DNA from: Sphingomonadales bacterium
Lineage (GTDB): Bacteria > Pseudomonadota > Alphaproteobacteria > Sphingomonadales > Sphingomonadaceae
Reading direction: 5' to 3'
DNA: 64,000 nucleotides
Assembly (NCBI GenBank): GCA_038221665.1
Contig: JBBRIC010000001.1
Span: 620 to 64,619 of the forward strand
Shown in pieces: positions 8,992-17,959 of this stretch. Under the pieces are notes generated by a model, which was not told the DNA's origin, did no database searches, and saw nothing but the letters and a program-made list of their open reading frames with translations. The number at the start of each line of letters is the position of its first letter. Position 1 is the stretch's first letter. A program made the translations under genes and the position numbers.

Positions 8992-10208
8992 GCCGCCTTG
9001 GTCTCGGTGGCCGCTTTCCAGGCGCCATAGGCATGCCAGACGGCGGCGCGGCCAAAATCTTCGGCGTCGCCCTCGATCGAGCGTGGAAATATGGTTTCAT
9101 CGACAACGGCGCGGACCTTTGCCTCAAACTGCACGGCGCGGGGCAGGCCGGCCGCCGCCAATATGTCGTGCATGTCATGGGCATGCATCGCCGTCCAGAA
9201 AGGCTCGTTATTGTTGAAGGCGTCCCAATCGCGCATGAACTGTTCGAACAGCGGCATTTCGGGCGTATATTGCGGCTGTTCCAGATGCAGCATCAGGCCG
9301 CCATCCGCCAGCACGCGCACGCCTTCGCCGATAATGCGCGGCAAAGCCGTTCCCGATGTCTCATGCAGGAACATGGTGGTCTGCACCCAATCGAAATGCC
9401 CATCGGGAAAGCTTGAAAGATCTTCGGCGTTCATCTGCACAAACCGGATATTGTCGATGCCCAATGACCGCGCCCGGGCATGGCCATAGCGCAGCACCGG
9501 GGCGGCGGTATCGATGGCGATCACCTCGGCATCCGGAAAGGCCATGGCCATGGGCAGCGCATTATGGCCGATGGTGGTCCCGATATCGAGAATGCGCTTT
9601 GGCTGCCAGCCCGGCCGATTTTCGCCAGCCCATTTGGCAACCGCCTGGCCACCGCCGTCCGACAGTGCCCCCATGCCGCCGCCGGTGGTGACAAAGATGC
9701 CGCAATCATAGTTGGCGCCGGCCGATACATCGCCTGGCACTTCCTCGCCATGATAGCTGCCGGGCATGCAATGGATATCGACGGCGCGCTGATAGGCCGG
9801 CACCTTGATGGCGGGATCAAGCACCAGCCCGTCGCCATTGCCCGACGCGATCCGGGCCCGCTCGATCAGCACATCATTCTGGCGCAGCACGATGCTGCGG
9901 CCATTTTGCTGGCGCATCTCCATATTGTTGCGTTTCAATGCCGACCAGAACCGATGATAGGGGTCAGCGTTCATGGCGCGCCGCACCTCATGGCGATCAC
10001 CCGGCTCCCGGCCGGTTTCGGCGATGAACCTGGGCAGGGCGCGGCGTTCATAGGCGAGCTTGTTGCCTGGCCCCAATGAGCCCGCGACATGCTTGTTCAG
10101 ATTGGCGAGGAAATTGAAACGGGCGCGTTCGTCATGGCTAGCGCGGGGGAAGACGCCATGGCTGCCGACCATGGTGTAGGGCGGTGGAATATCGTCCTGG
10201 ATTGCCAT
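8988..10208 (-). CDS. Class I SAM-dependent methyltransferase-like protein (406 aa) with a long N-terminal extension
   Basis: Motif I-like ILDIGTTIGHNAL, acidic post-I VIAIDTA, motif II-like FDWVQTTMFLHE. About 200 aa precede motif I. Confidence 0.7.
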   Translation of the reverse strand: MAIQDDIPPPYTMVGSHGVFPRASHDERARFNFLANLNKHVAGSLGPGNKLAYERRALPRFIAETGREPGDRHEVRRAMNADPYHRFWSALKRNNMEMRQQNGRSIVLRQNDVLIERARIASGNGDGLVLDPAIKVPAYQRAVDIHCMPGSYHGEEVPGDVSAGANYDCGIFVTTGGGMGALSDGGGQAVAKWAGENRPGWQPKRILDIGTTIGHNALPMAMAFPDAEVIAIDTAAPVLRYGHARARSLGIDNIRFVQMNAEDLSSFPDGHFDWVQTTMFLHETSGTALPRIIGEGVRVLADGGLMLHLEQPQYTPEMPLFEQFMRDWDAFNNNEPFWTAMHAHDMHDILAAAGLPRAVQFEAKVRAVVDETIFPRSIEGDAEDFGRAAVWHAYGAWKAATETKAA

Positions 10209-10217
10209 TATCGCCTC

Positions 10218-11270
10218 TCAGATCAAGCCGGCTTTTGCCATACGCGAAATCACCATTTCCTGCACGCGCTTGAAATGGTCGCGCTCGGGGGTAATCACCT
10301 CGCCGTCGCGGATCAGCGAGTTCGCCGGCTGCACCTGCCCCGCATAGCTGGCGGCAAATAATTCCAGCCGCTGGCGTGACAGGTAATTCGTCATGCCGGG
10401 CTTGCGACGGGCGTTGCGCAGAGCGGTGATATCGATATCGCCAAAGGCGGTGAAGGTTTCGCCGCTGTTCGATTCAGCAATCACATTGCCTTTCCAGTCG
10501 ATCAGCGCCGAATTGCCATCGGCCGACGCCAAAGGCATTGGCGTGCCGGTGATCCCGGCTGTATTCGCCGACACCACATAGGCCAGATTTTCAAAGGCCC
10601 GCGCCCGCCGGGCAAGCTGTTTGTGTGTCAGTGTCGGCGACCCGATTTCCGACGATGAATGCACAAAGATTTCGGCCCCGCGCAGGGCCAGCGCCCGGGC
10701 GATTTCGGGGTATAGAATTTCCTCCGAGGCGATCGCAGCAAGCCTGCCTATGGCTGTGTCGGCAACCGGAAACACCCCCGCCTCGCCGTAGATATCAAGA
10801 TATTTCGACCAGACATCATGCGGCGTCACGGCGTACATCGAATTCAACCGGCGATAACGCAGCACGACAGCACCCGAAGGCGCGACGATAAAGCTCGTCT
10901 GAAAATACAGGCCCGGGAAATGCGCATCAATTTCATAGGCATTGCCGGCCAGATACAGCCCAAGCCGGGCGGCGATACCGCCCAGCGCTTCATATTCCGG
11001 GCCGGTTTCGGCAATCGCAGCCTTGTCGGCGAAATCTTCGATGCCGATGCGGCCGGGGTAGGAGGTGAAAAGATATTCGGGCAGCACCGCCAGTTTCAGC
11101 GTGCTGCCGCCATATTGTTCGATGAAAACCTTGGCCTGCGCGATCTGCTGGCCAACAATCTCGATCTGCGCCAGCATCGCAGCGCTGGCGGCGGCCCGAT
11201 CGGGCATTGCCTCGATCGACCGGGCGGTCAGCTGCATGGCGACAGCGGCATAGGGCCGTAATTCGGTCAT
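10218..11270 (-). CDS. Nitrilase-superfamily (aliphatic amidase/formamidase-like) protein with a non-canonical active site
   Basis: LAVLPEY (Glu motif present). YRRLNS sits where the catalytic Lys motif is expected. AAIASEEILYPE sits where the catalytic Cys motif (C-x-E/D ... YPE) is expected. Alignment was done by eye. Confidence 0.7.
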   Translation of the reverse strand: MTELRPYAAVAMQLTARSIEAMPDRAAASAAMLAQIEIVGQQIAQAKVFIEQYGGSTLKLAVLPEYLFTSYPGRIGIEDFADKAAIAETGPEYEALGGIAARLGLYLAGNAYEIDAHFPGLYFQTSFIVAPSGAVVLRYRRLNSMYAVTPHDVWSKYLDIYGEAGVFPVADTAIGRLAAIASEEILYPEIARALALRGAEIFVHSSSEIGSPTLTHKQLARRARAFENLAYVVSANTAGITGTPMPLASADGNSALIDWKGNVIAESNSGETFTAFGDIDITALRNARRKPGMTNYLSRQRLELFAASYAGQVQPANSLIRDGEVITPERDHFKRVQEMVISRMAKAGLI

Positions 11271-12496
11271 TTGCTGCCCTCAAACACCGGGTAGCGACCG
11301 AGCGTCAAGGGCAACAGGGCCCCCACAGCAAACAAGCCCATCGCCACCAGCAACATCGCATCATAATTGCCGGTACGATCCCGCACCGCGCCATAAATCG
11401 CGGGTGAAATCGCCGATCCAAGCCCGAACGGCATATAGAGCAGGCCATAGATTTTGCCATAATGCGCCATGCCGAAATAGCGGCCGGCGAGATAGGCGAT
11501 CAGATCGGATTCAGCGCCTGCCGCAAAGCCGAGCAACACAGCCCCTGTCATCAACACACCCATGCTGCCGACCGTGCCCATCACCAGCCAGCAGGCGAGC
11601 GCCGGGGCGAGCAGAATGGGCACCAGAACGGCAGGCGCCCAGAACCGATCGAATAACAGCCCGGTGAGCAACCGACCGCCAAGAATGCCGACGGCCAATA
11701 CGCTCATCACCGTCGCACCTTCGGCCGGCGTAAAGCCGTGCAGGATCGCGATCTGCACCATGTTGATAAAAATGCCGCCAAAGGCCAGCGCGACACAGGC
11801 GACCGACAGCCAGATCACCCAGAATCGATAACCACGCAGCGCCGCGCCGGCCGTCAGCCCCGACAGGGAACCATCGGCCAGGCTGATCCCAGGCGGCCGT
11901 TCGGCAAGCGTTGGTTCGCGGAACAGCCAGAGCGCCAGCGGCGTGGCGATGAACAGCGGCAGTATCGCCAGTGTTGGAAAGGCGTTCCGCCAGCCGGCAC
12001 CCAGCGCATTGCCATCGATGGCAGCGCGGGCGATTTGCGGCACGCTGATGCCGGCAAGGCTGGTGCCGACCAGCATGATGCCAAGCGCCAGGCCGCGATT
12101 TTTGACGAACCACATGTTGACGGCCCGGCTCCAGGTGACAGGCGTTGAACCGATCCCGACAAGGCCAACCAGGCCCCATAGGCCGTACCAGGCAGCAAGC
12201 GTTGGCGGCATGGCGACGAACAGCGAAAACGCGAGGCCGAACGCCAGCAGCGAGGCAATGGCCACCCGGCGCACACCCCATTTGTCGGCTGCGGCGCCAT
12301 AGACCGGCGACAGCAACGCAGCCGTGACACCAAAAACCGTGATGCCGAGATTGATTTCGAGGAACGACCAGCCAAGCTCGTCATGGATCGGGCCGATGAT
12401 CGCGGGGAGGACGTTGAACGGAATAGGCGATGCGCCGCAGCCGACCCCCAGCATAGCGGCGAACAATATGGGGCCGCCTTTTCGAAACTCGCTCAT
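11267..12496 (-). CDS. MFS transporter
   Basis: About 12 hydrophobic segments and MFS-like loops. Its stop overlaps the amidase-like start (ATGA). Start ATG 12496 (MSEFRKGGPILF) is preferred; the alternative is 12583. Confidence 0.85.
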   Translation of the reverse strand: MSEFRKGGPILFAAMLGVGCGASPIPFNVLPAIIGPIHDELGWSFLEINLGITVFGVTAALLSPVYGAAADKWGVRRVAIASLLAFGLAFSLFVAMPPTLAAWYGLWGLVGLVGIGSTPVTWSRAVNMWFVKNRGLALGIMLVGTSLAGISVPQIARAAIDGNALGAGWRNAFPTLAILPLFIATPLALWLFREPTLAERPPGISLADGSLSGLTAGAALRGYRFWVIWLSVACVALAFGGIFINMVQIAILHGFTPAEGATVMSVLAVGILGGRLLTGLLFDRFWAPAVLVPILLAPALACWLVMGTVGSMGVLMTGAVLLGFAAGAESDLIAYLAGRYFGMAHYGKIYGLLYMPFGLGSAISPAIYGAVRDRTGNYDAMLLVAMGLFAVGALLPLTLGRYPVFEGSK

Positions 12497-12632
12497 CGCC
12501 GCCGGGTCCCCTGCGGATGTCTGGTCGAACAAGGCCGGCGTTGCATGGTCATGACCCTGTCCAGAATTGGCGCGTAGCGGCACCGGCAGGCATCAGCCCC
12601 GAAGCAGAAACCTTGCCTGTCGAGGCGCCGCC

Positions 12633-15215
12633 TCAAAACACGCGCTTTGCCCTGATCTGCCATGTCCGCGGCGGGCTGAGATAATTATAGTTCACAAGGC
12701 TGGATTGCGAAAACGCCTTGTCGAAACAATTTTCGCATTCAAGGCTGAGCGTCCAGTTATTGTCGTCGGTCCGCATCGTCAGCGACGCCTGAACCTGCCA
12801 AAAGGCCTTGGTCAGCGATCCGGAGATGACATCGCCGCCAAAGGGATTGGCCGGAAACACCGTACCGCTGGGGGCCGTGATAGTGCCGGTATAAAGCGTG
12901 CCATTGGCAGTGCCGGTTTCAAGGCTGGACCGATAAAGCACATTGGTCGATGGCGTCAGGATGATGCCAGCGGCCGGAATTGCAAAATCATAGGAGCCGC
13001 CAAAGGAAATACTGATGTCTGGCGTCCGCACGGGCGTTGCAATATTGCCGTTGGCGTCGATGATACCGGCGGCGCAATCGGGTGCATTATTGGCCCCTGT
13101 CGGCCCCAGCGGCACCCGCCGTGCCGCCAGTTGCGCCCGGCAATCGATCTGTTGCTGCAGCACGGCCTTCACGCCATATCTGTTGGGCGCCAGCGTGTTG
13201 GCAATCTTGTACTTGTCGTTCTGGTAGCCAAGATTGGCGTAAAGGTTGAGGCCCTTTACCGGCACCGCCGTCACTTCCAGTTCAACACCCTTGTTTTCAT
13301 AATCGGCAAAATTCTGGGTGATGAAGGTGACGCCGCCGGAAACCGGATCGACAAACGCCGATGGCGTCTGCAAATCGCTGGTGTTGAGCCAGAATCCGGT
13401 CAGATTGACGCGGAGTTTTCGATCGAGAAATTCGGTTTTGGCGCCAAGCTCATAACTCCAGACCTTTTCTGGGTCGAACGGCAACAGCGTGTTGTTCGCA
13501 GTGCCGCGGGCGTTCCAGCCGCCGGATTTGAAACCGCGGGTGGCGCTGGCGAAAAACAGCAGATCGTCATTGGGTTTGTAATTGGCGACAAAGCGCGGCG
13601 TCCAGACCTTGGCATTCTGTTTTGTCGGGATTGCCAGCCGCCCACCGGGAAGATTGACCGCCAGATTGGCATTGCTGAGGCAGGACACCGGCGGGTTGGC
13701 GACATTGGCGCAACTGGCGCGCTGATCGAATATCCGGAAGGTCTTGTCTTCGTCGGTATAGCGAATGCCCGCGGTCAGCTTGATCTGGTCGGTAACCTTT
13801 AGATCACCCTGGAAATAGGCCGCCCAGGCCTTGGCAGTGTTGTTGAGCACCCGGTCCGCCAGCAGAAACGGAAAACCATTTGGCCCGGGAAAGCCCAGGT
13901 TGAAGACATCGGCAAAATCGGTCCGATTGTCTTCCTTGATATAGAACACGCCGCCGACATAATCGAATTTACCGTCAAAGAAATTGCCATTGACCTTGAA
14001 TTCCTGGGTAAATTGCGTGTGATGCCCGTCGTTCAGGATCGTGAAGCCACCCGATGGGAAGCCGCGTACGGCCGGAAACGGCACCGCGACATTGGGCAGG
14101 CCCCGGCCATCGGCGAAATCCAGGGCAAATTGCTGCTTGATATCGATATAGCCGGTGATCGCATTGATGCTGACATTGTCGCCGCGCCATTCAAGGTTCG
14201 AGATGTAGATTTGCGTATCGACCTTGTTGCCAAGGCCATAATTGGCCTTGCGCCCGGTGACGCCCAGCGCTGCAAAGGGTGTTGTTGCGCCGGGGGCATA
14301 TTTGGTGACAAGCCCGGTGGTGGCGAAACGTCCCTTGCAGTTCGCCGGGTTACGCGGGTCGCAATCAAAGCTGATGAGGTTTTCACCATCGTTGCGCATG
14401 TAGCTGGCCGAGCCATTCCAGGTCAGATTATCGGTCAATTTGACCTGCAAGGCGCCGCGCAATCCGCCAAGATCGCTGTCGTTCAGGCGTTCGCCAGTGG
14501 TTGAATTTTTCAGCCAGCCATTGGTGTTCTGATAATAGCCCGAGACCTTCAACTGGACCTTTTCGCCCAGCGGCAGATCGATCGAGCCCCGGAAGGTGCG
14601 TTGATTATAGGCGCCATAGGCCGCTTCGAGATAGCCGCCGACGCGATCCGCCGGCTTTTTCAGGATGACATTGACGGCACCGCCGGTGGTGTTGCGGCCA
14701 AACAAAGTCCCCTGCGGCCCCCGCAGAACCTCGATGCGATCGACATCGAAAAAGGCAAAGTTGTTGGCATTCTGCCGCGACATGTAAATGTCATCGATAT
14801 AGGTGCCGACGGGCGGATCGAAGGTTGCAATGGTTTCGGTATTGCCAAGGCCACGGATATAATAGGCATTGGCCGACCCAAGCCCCGTATTGTTCGATCC
14901 GAACAGATTGGGCACATAATTGATCAATTGCAGCGGCGTCGCGATCCCGCGTTGAGACAGGAGATCGGCTGAAAAGGCACTGATCGCGATCGGCACCGAT
15001 TGCTGGCTTTCATTACGGCGCTGCGCAGTCACCAGAATATCGGGGATGGCGTCATCGGCTGACCGCGCCGCCGTGGTGGCTGGCGCTGGCGCTGGCACTG
15101 GCGCTGGCGCTGGCACTGGCGCTGGCGCCTGGGCCTGCGCCATGCTGCCGGCGACGGTAGCGAGCAGCAAGCCGGCCCGGCCGCTGCACCTGAAAGCCGT
15201 GACAAAAATGCCCAT
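12633..15215 (-). CDS. TonB-dependent outer membrane receptor
   Basis: Signal peptide, Pro-Ala/Pro-Val linker, plug motifs (ILVTAQRRNE, IEVLRGPQGTLFGRNTTGGAVN), and the terminal beta-strand ...WQIRAKRVF. Confidence 0.93.
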   Translation of the reverse strand: MGIFVTAFRCSGRAGLLLATVAGSMAQAQAPAPVPAPAPVPAPAPATTAARSADDAIPDILVTAQRRNESQQSVPIAISAFSADLLSQRGIATPLQLINYVPNLFGSNNTGLGSANAYYIRGLGNTETIATFDPPVGTYIDDIYMSRQNANNFAFFDVDRIEVLRGPQGTLFGRNTTGGAVNVILKKPADRVGGYLEAAYGAYNQRTFRGSIDLPLGEKVQLKVSGYYQNTNGWLKNSTTGERLNDSDLGGLRGALQVKLTDNLTWNGSASYMRNDGENLISFDCDPRNPANCKGRFATTGLVTKYAPGATTPFAALGVTGRKANYGLGNKVDTQIYISNLEWRGDNVSINAITGYIDIKQQFALDFADGRGLPNVAVPFPAVRGFPSGGFTILNDGHHTQFTQEFKVNGNFFDGKFDYVGGVFYIKEDNRTDFADVFNLGFPGPNGFPFLLADRVLNNTAKAWAAYFQGDLKVTDQIKLTAGIRYTDEDKTFRIFDQRASCANVANPPVSCLSNANLAVNLPGGRLAIPTKQNAKVWTPRFVANYKPNDDLLFFASATRGFKSGGWNARGTANNTLLPFDPEKVWSYELGAKTEFLDRKLRVNLTGFWLNTSDLQTPSAFVDPVSGGVTFITQNFADYENKGVELEVTAVPVKGLNLYANLGYQNDKYKIANTLAPNRYGVKAVLQQQIDCRAQLAARRVPLGPTGANNAPDCAAGIIDANGNIATPVRTPDISISFGGSYDFAIPAAGIILTPSTNVLYRSSLETGTANGTLYTGTITAPSGTVFPANPFGGDVISGSLTKAFWQVQASLTMRTDDNNWTLSLECENCFDKAFSQSSLVNYNYLSPPRTWQIRAKRVF

Positions 15216-15240
15216 GTCCCCAATCCTCTACCAGCAGTCC

Positions 15241-15292
15241 GACATCGCAAGCGATGTCGTCAGCAGCGATCATGCCGCGATTGCGTCGCAAT
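15241..15292. promoter_or_regulatory. Two perfect palindromes in the divergent TBDR-operon/DUF1330 control region (candidate operator sites)
   Basis: GACATCGC-AA-GCGATGTC at 15241-15258 and ATTGCG-T-CGCAAT at 15280-15292, 26-77 nt upstream of the TBDR start. Confidence 0.3.
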
Positions 15293-15368
15293 GCAAGGAG
15301 TTGTCCGGACAAATCTTTGACAGCAGGTATCTTGCGCGCAATAGTCACCATTTGGCAACACTGGCTGG

Positions 15369-15686
15369 ATGGCAATGGAAAACACCGGGAAACCCGCCTA
15401 TCTGCTGGTCAGCGCCCGGGTAACCGATGCTGCAAAAATGGCGCAATATGGCAAGGCATTGGGGGAATCCGGCCTTTATGCCCGGCATGGTGGCCAGTAT
15501 CTTTTCATCGGCAAGGCGGCTGTGGCACTTGAGGATTGGCGCCAGGGCGACAGTGTCGTCTGCGCCCGGTTTCCCGATCGCGCCGCCGCCGAAGCGTTTT
15601 GGGCCGATGCCCAATATCAGTTGGAGATAAAGCCGCTGCGCGCCGATGCCGGCGAATTTCACGTCGCGATTTTTGAAGGCAGCTGA
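15369..15686 (+). CDS. DUF1330 domain protein
   Basis: The 105-aa sequence KPAYLLVSARVTDAAKMAQYGKA...FPDRAAAEAFW matches the typical DUF1330 pattern. Confidence 0.8.
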   Translation: MAMENTGKPAYLLVSARVTDAAKMAQYGKALGESGLYARHGGQYLFIGKAAVALEDWRQGDSVVCARFPDRAAAEAFWADAQYQLEIKPLRADAGEFHVAIFEGS

Positions 15687-16357
15687 TGACGCTGTTATAC
15701 CCAACCCTTGTCTATTTTCACCTGCTGCTGTTCGTACTCTGGCTGGGCGGCGATCTGGGCGTTTTCGTGCTTGGCCAGCATTTTCGCAAACGCTCCTATT
15801 CACTGCCCGAACGATTGACTCTGTTGAAACTGCTGGTCGCCATCGATCTGGGGCCACGCTCGGCCTGGGCGTTGATGGTGCCGATGTCGCTGACGCTGCT
15901 TTATGCCGGCAATTGGTGGCCGGGGCTGCCGATACTGGTGGTTATCCTTGGCTGGGCCATCGGCCTTTATTGGCTATGGCTGGTCTGGGATGCGCATGCC
16001 CATGACATGACACCGCGCGCGGCCCGGAACCGCCGCATCGAAGCCTGGCTGCGCAGCCTGTTGACGGTGTTTTATGTGGCCCTTGGCGGCCTGTCGCTGG
16101 TCGCGGGCGCACCGCTGGTCGAAACCTGGCTGGCCATGAAAGCATTGTTGTTCGGCGGCATATTCGCGGCCGCGATCATGATCGACCGCGCTTTCAAACC
16201 GGTTGGGCCGCAATTGCTGGCGCTGATCGAAAACGGCTCATCGGATGCAACCGAAATACCCTTGCGCGCTACCATGGATGGCACCAGGCGCTGGGTTTTC
16301 ACCGTCTATGCCTTGTTGTTTGTCACCAGCTGGCTGGGCGCCGTCAAGCCATTTTAA
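15686..16357 (+). CDS. Hypothetical integral membrane protein (223 aa)
   Basis: Multiple hydrophobic helices. Its start overlaps the DUF1330 stop (ATGA). Confidence 0.6.
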   Translation: MTLLYPTLVYFHLLLFVLWLGGDLGVFVLGQHFRKRSYSLPERLTLLKLLVAIDLGPRSAWALMVPMSLTLLYAGNWWPGLPILVVILGWAIGLYWLWLVWDAHAHDMTPRAARNRRIEAWLRSLLTVFYVALGGLSLVAGAPLVETWLAMKALLFGGIFAAAIMIDRAFKPVGPQLLALIENGSSDATEIPLRATMDGTRRWVFTVYALLFVTSWLGAVKPF

Positions 16358-16373
16358 TGCTGCCCGCACCCCG

Positions 16374-17399
16374 TCAGCGGCGTCGCACCGCCGCCCGGCG
16401 CGCGAGCGTCAGCAGCGCCGCATCGGCAAGCGTTTCACCAAGGCTGCCCGATGTCTTTATGGCGCGTTCAGCAGCCAGCAGATCGGCCAGCCCCTGCACC
16501 AGCGCCGGTGTCGTCCAATGCGCCAGATCGGCGGCGACAGCGTCTTTTTCCTTCCAGAAAATTGGTGGGCGAGCGCCATCGACTACGGTCTTTGGGCTGG
16601 TTCCGGCATCCACGGCCGCCCGCAGCGACAGCAGCAGCAGCAGCCGACGTTCAACGGCGCGCAGCATGACGATCCCCGCTGCGGATTGACGGCCCAACAG
16701 ATTGCCGACCTCGCCGAGCTTCCCGCCGGATACGGCCGCAACCAGGGCATATTGGTCGGCATCCCCGGCGCCAACGCCAACGGCCATGACATCGGCCAAT
16801 TCCAGCGTTCGCGGTGCAGCGGGACTGGTATCGAGATAGAGGCTGAGCTTTTCGACTTCGCGGCGAATGATCATGCGATCGCCGCCACAGGCTTCAAACA
16901 GCGCGGCCGCCGCCTCGCGGCTGGACTTCAAACCAAAGGCCTGCCCGATATCGCTGACCAGCCGCAGGGCATCGCGCAGGCTCGGTTCATAGCAAGGCAA
17001 GGCGGCGATGGCGCCGGATCGTTCTGCGAGCGCTTGCAATTTTGAGCCTTTTTTTAAGGCTTTTGCAACAGCGACAACGGGGTTGCCCGGCGGCCCGGCA
17101 ACGAGCGCGTTAACAGCATCGACGCCATCATCGTCGATGCCATCGACGCGCACCAGAACCCGATCACCGAACATCGACATGGCCGCAGCGGCTGCGACCA
17201 GGGCCTGAGAGTCACCCTTTAAACGATCGCCGGTCAGGGTTTCGACCGCCATCGGGTTGGACGGATCGACACAGCGCCGGGCCACTTCATCGGCAAGATC
17301 CCGCGCGGCCGACAGGTCCGGCCCGTAAAACAGCATCAGCCGGATGGAATCGGGCCAGGCCCGGGCGATGGCATCGATGCGCGCGCCATCGACCTTCAT
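16374..17399 (-). CDS. holA: DNA polymerase III subunit delta
   Basis: N-terminal IRLMLFYGPDLSAARDLADEV pattern, about 340 aa, and conserved leuS-lptE-holA order. Confidence 0.88.
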   Translation of the reverse strand: MKVDGARIDAIARAWPDSIRLMLFYGPDLSAARDLADEVARRCVDPSNPMAVETLTGDRLKGDSQALVAAAAAMSMFGDRVLVRVDGIDDDGVDAVNALVAGPPGNPVVAVAKALKKGSKLQALAERSGAIAALPCYEPSLRDALRLVSDIGQAFGLKSSREAAAALFEACGGDRMIIRREVEKLSLYLDTSPAAPRTLELADVMAVGVGAGDADQYALVAAVSGGKLGEVGNLLGRQSAAGIVMLRAVERRLLLLLSLRAAVDAGTSPKTVVDGARPPIFWKEKDAVAADLAHWTTPALVQGLADLLAAERAIKTSGSLGETLADAALLTLARRAAVRRR

Positions 17400-17416
17400 G
17401 GCACAAACGCCCGCAT

Positions 17417-17959
17417 TTATTTAGCTGTGGCGGCCTCGGCCCGCGCGAACAGCGCCAGCCGCGCCGCGATCTGCTGGGCGATGTCGATCGACAGCCGTTC
17501 CAGCGCCGTGGTTTCGGCCGCAACGACTGCATAATTGGAACTAACCCGGTCGATGCCCGCATCGGCGCCGGCGGTGGCATCGACGAGCACCGTGTTGCTG
17601 GCCGATTCAACCAGCCGATAACGCGCCCTGAGCGTCCGCCGTTCGCGCGCCGCCGAATTATCGCCGCGCACCCCAAAAGCGACGATCTGGTCATCAAGCT
17701 CCACCTCCAGCCGATAGCGCGGCGTCGCAACCGGCGTCCCCAGCCGGTCGATCAACGCCTGACGAACCAGGAAACCGCCGCGTTCGGGGATCGGCGCCAC
17801 CGCGATCTGCTGCGCCAATTGTGCCGGCGCGCTGGCATTGCCGCCGGCATACACCGGTTGCAGATTGCAGGCCGGGAGCAGCAGCGACAACGCCAGCAGC
17901 GACAATGCCAGCAGCGTCGGGGACAGCAGAAACGCGCTCCGGGCCGGTTCAGGCGACAA
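17417..17959 (-). CDS. lptE: LPS-assembly lipoprotein LptE
   Basis: Lipoprotein signal ending LLLPAC, about 180 aa. Overlaps the leuS stop, the conserved position. Confidence 0.8.
   Translation of the reverse strand: MSPEPARSAFLLSPTLLALSLLALSLLLPACNLQPVYAGGNASAPAQLAQQIAVAPIPERGGFLVRQALIDRLGTPVATPRYRLEVELDDQIVAFGVRGDNSAARERRTLRARYRLVESASNTVLVDATAGADAGIDRVSSNYAVVAAETTALERLSIDIAQQIAARLALFARAEAATAK

Noticed and set aside
12567-13802. A 411-aa plus-strand ORF opposite the TonB-dependent receptor. Similar long antisense ORFs: 19344-20516 opposite leuS, 30916-32130 opposite metK, 40205-41344 opposite miaA, 44345-45673 opposite the MFS gene, 50727-51944 opposite maf/DUF299, 52289-53410 opposite hemE, 60603-62021 opposite cgs.
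   Set aside because: These are typical high-GC shadow ORFs. They are Arg/Gly/Pro/Ala-rich and low-complexity, have no recognisable motifs, and each fully overlaps a gene with strong family signatures on the other strand.
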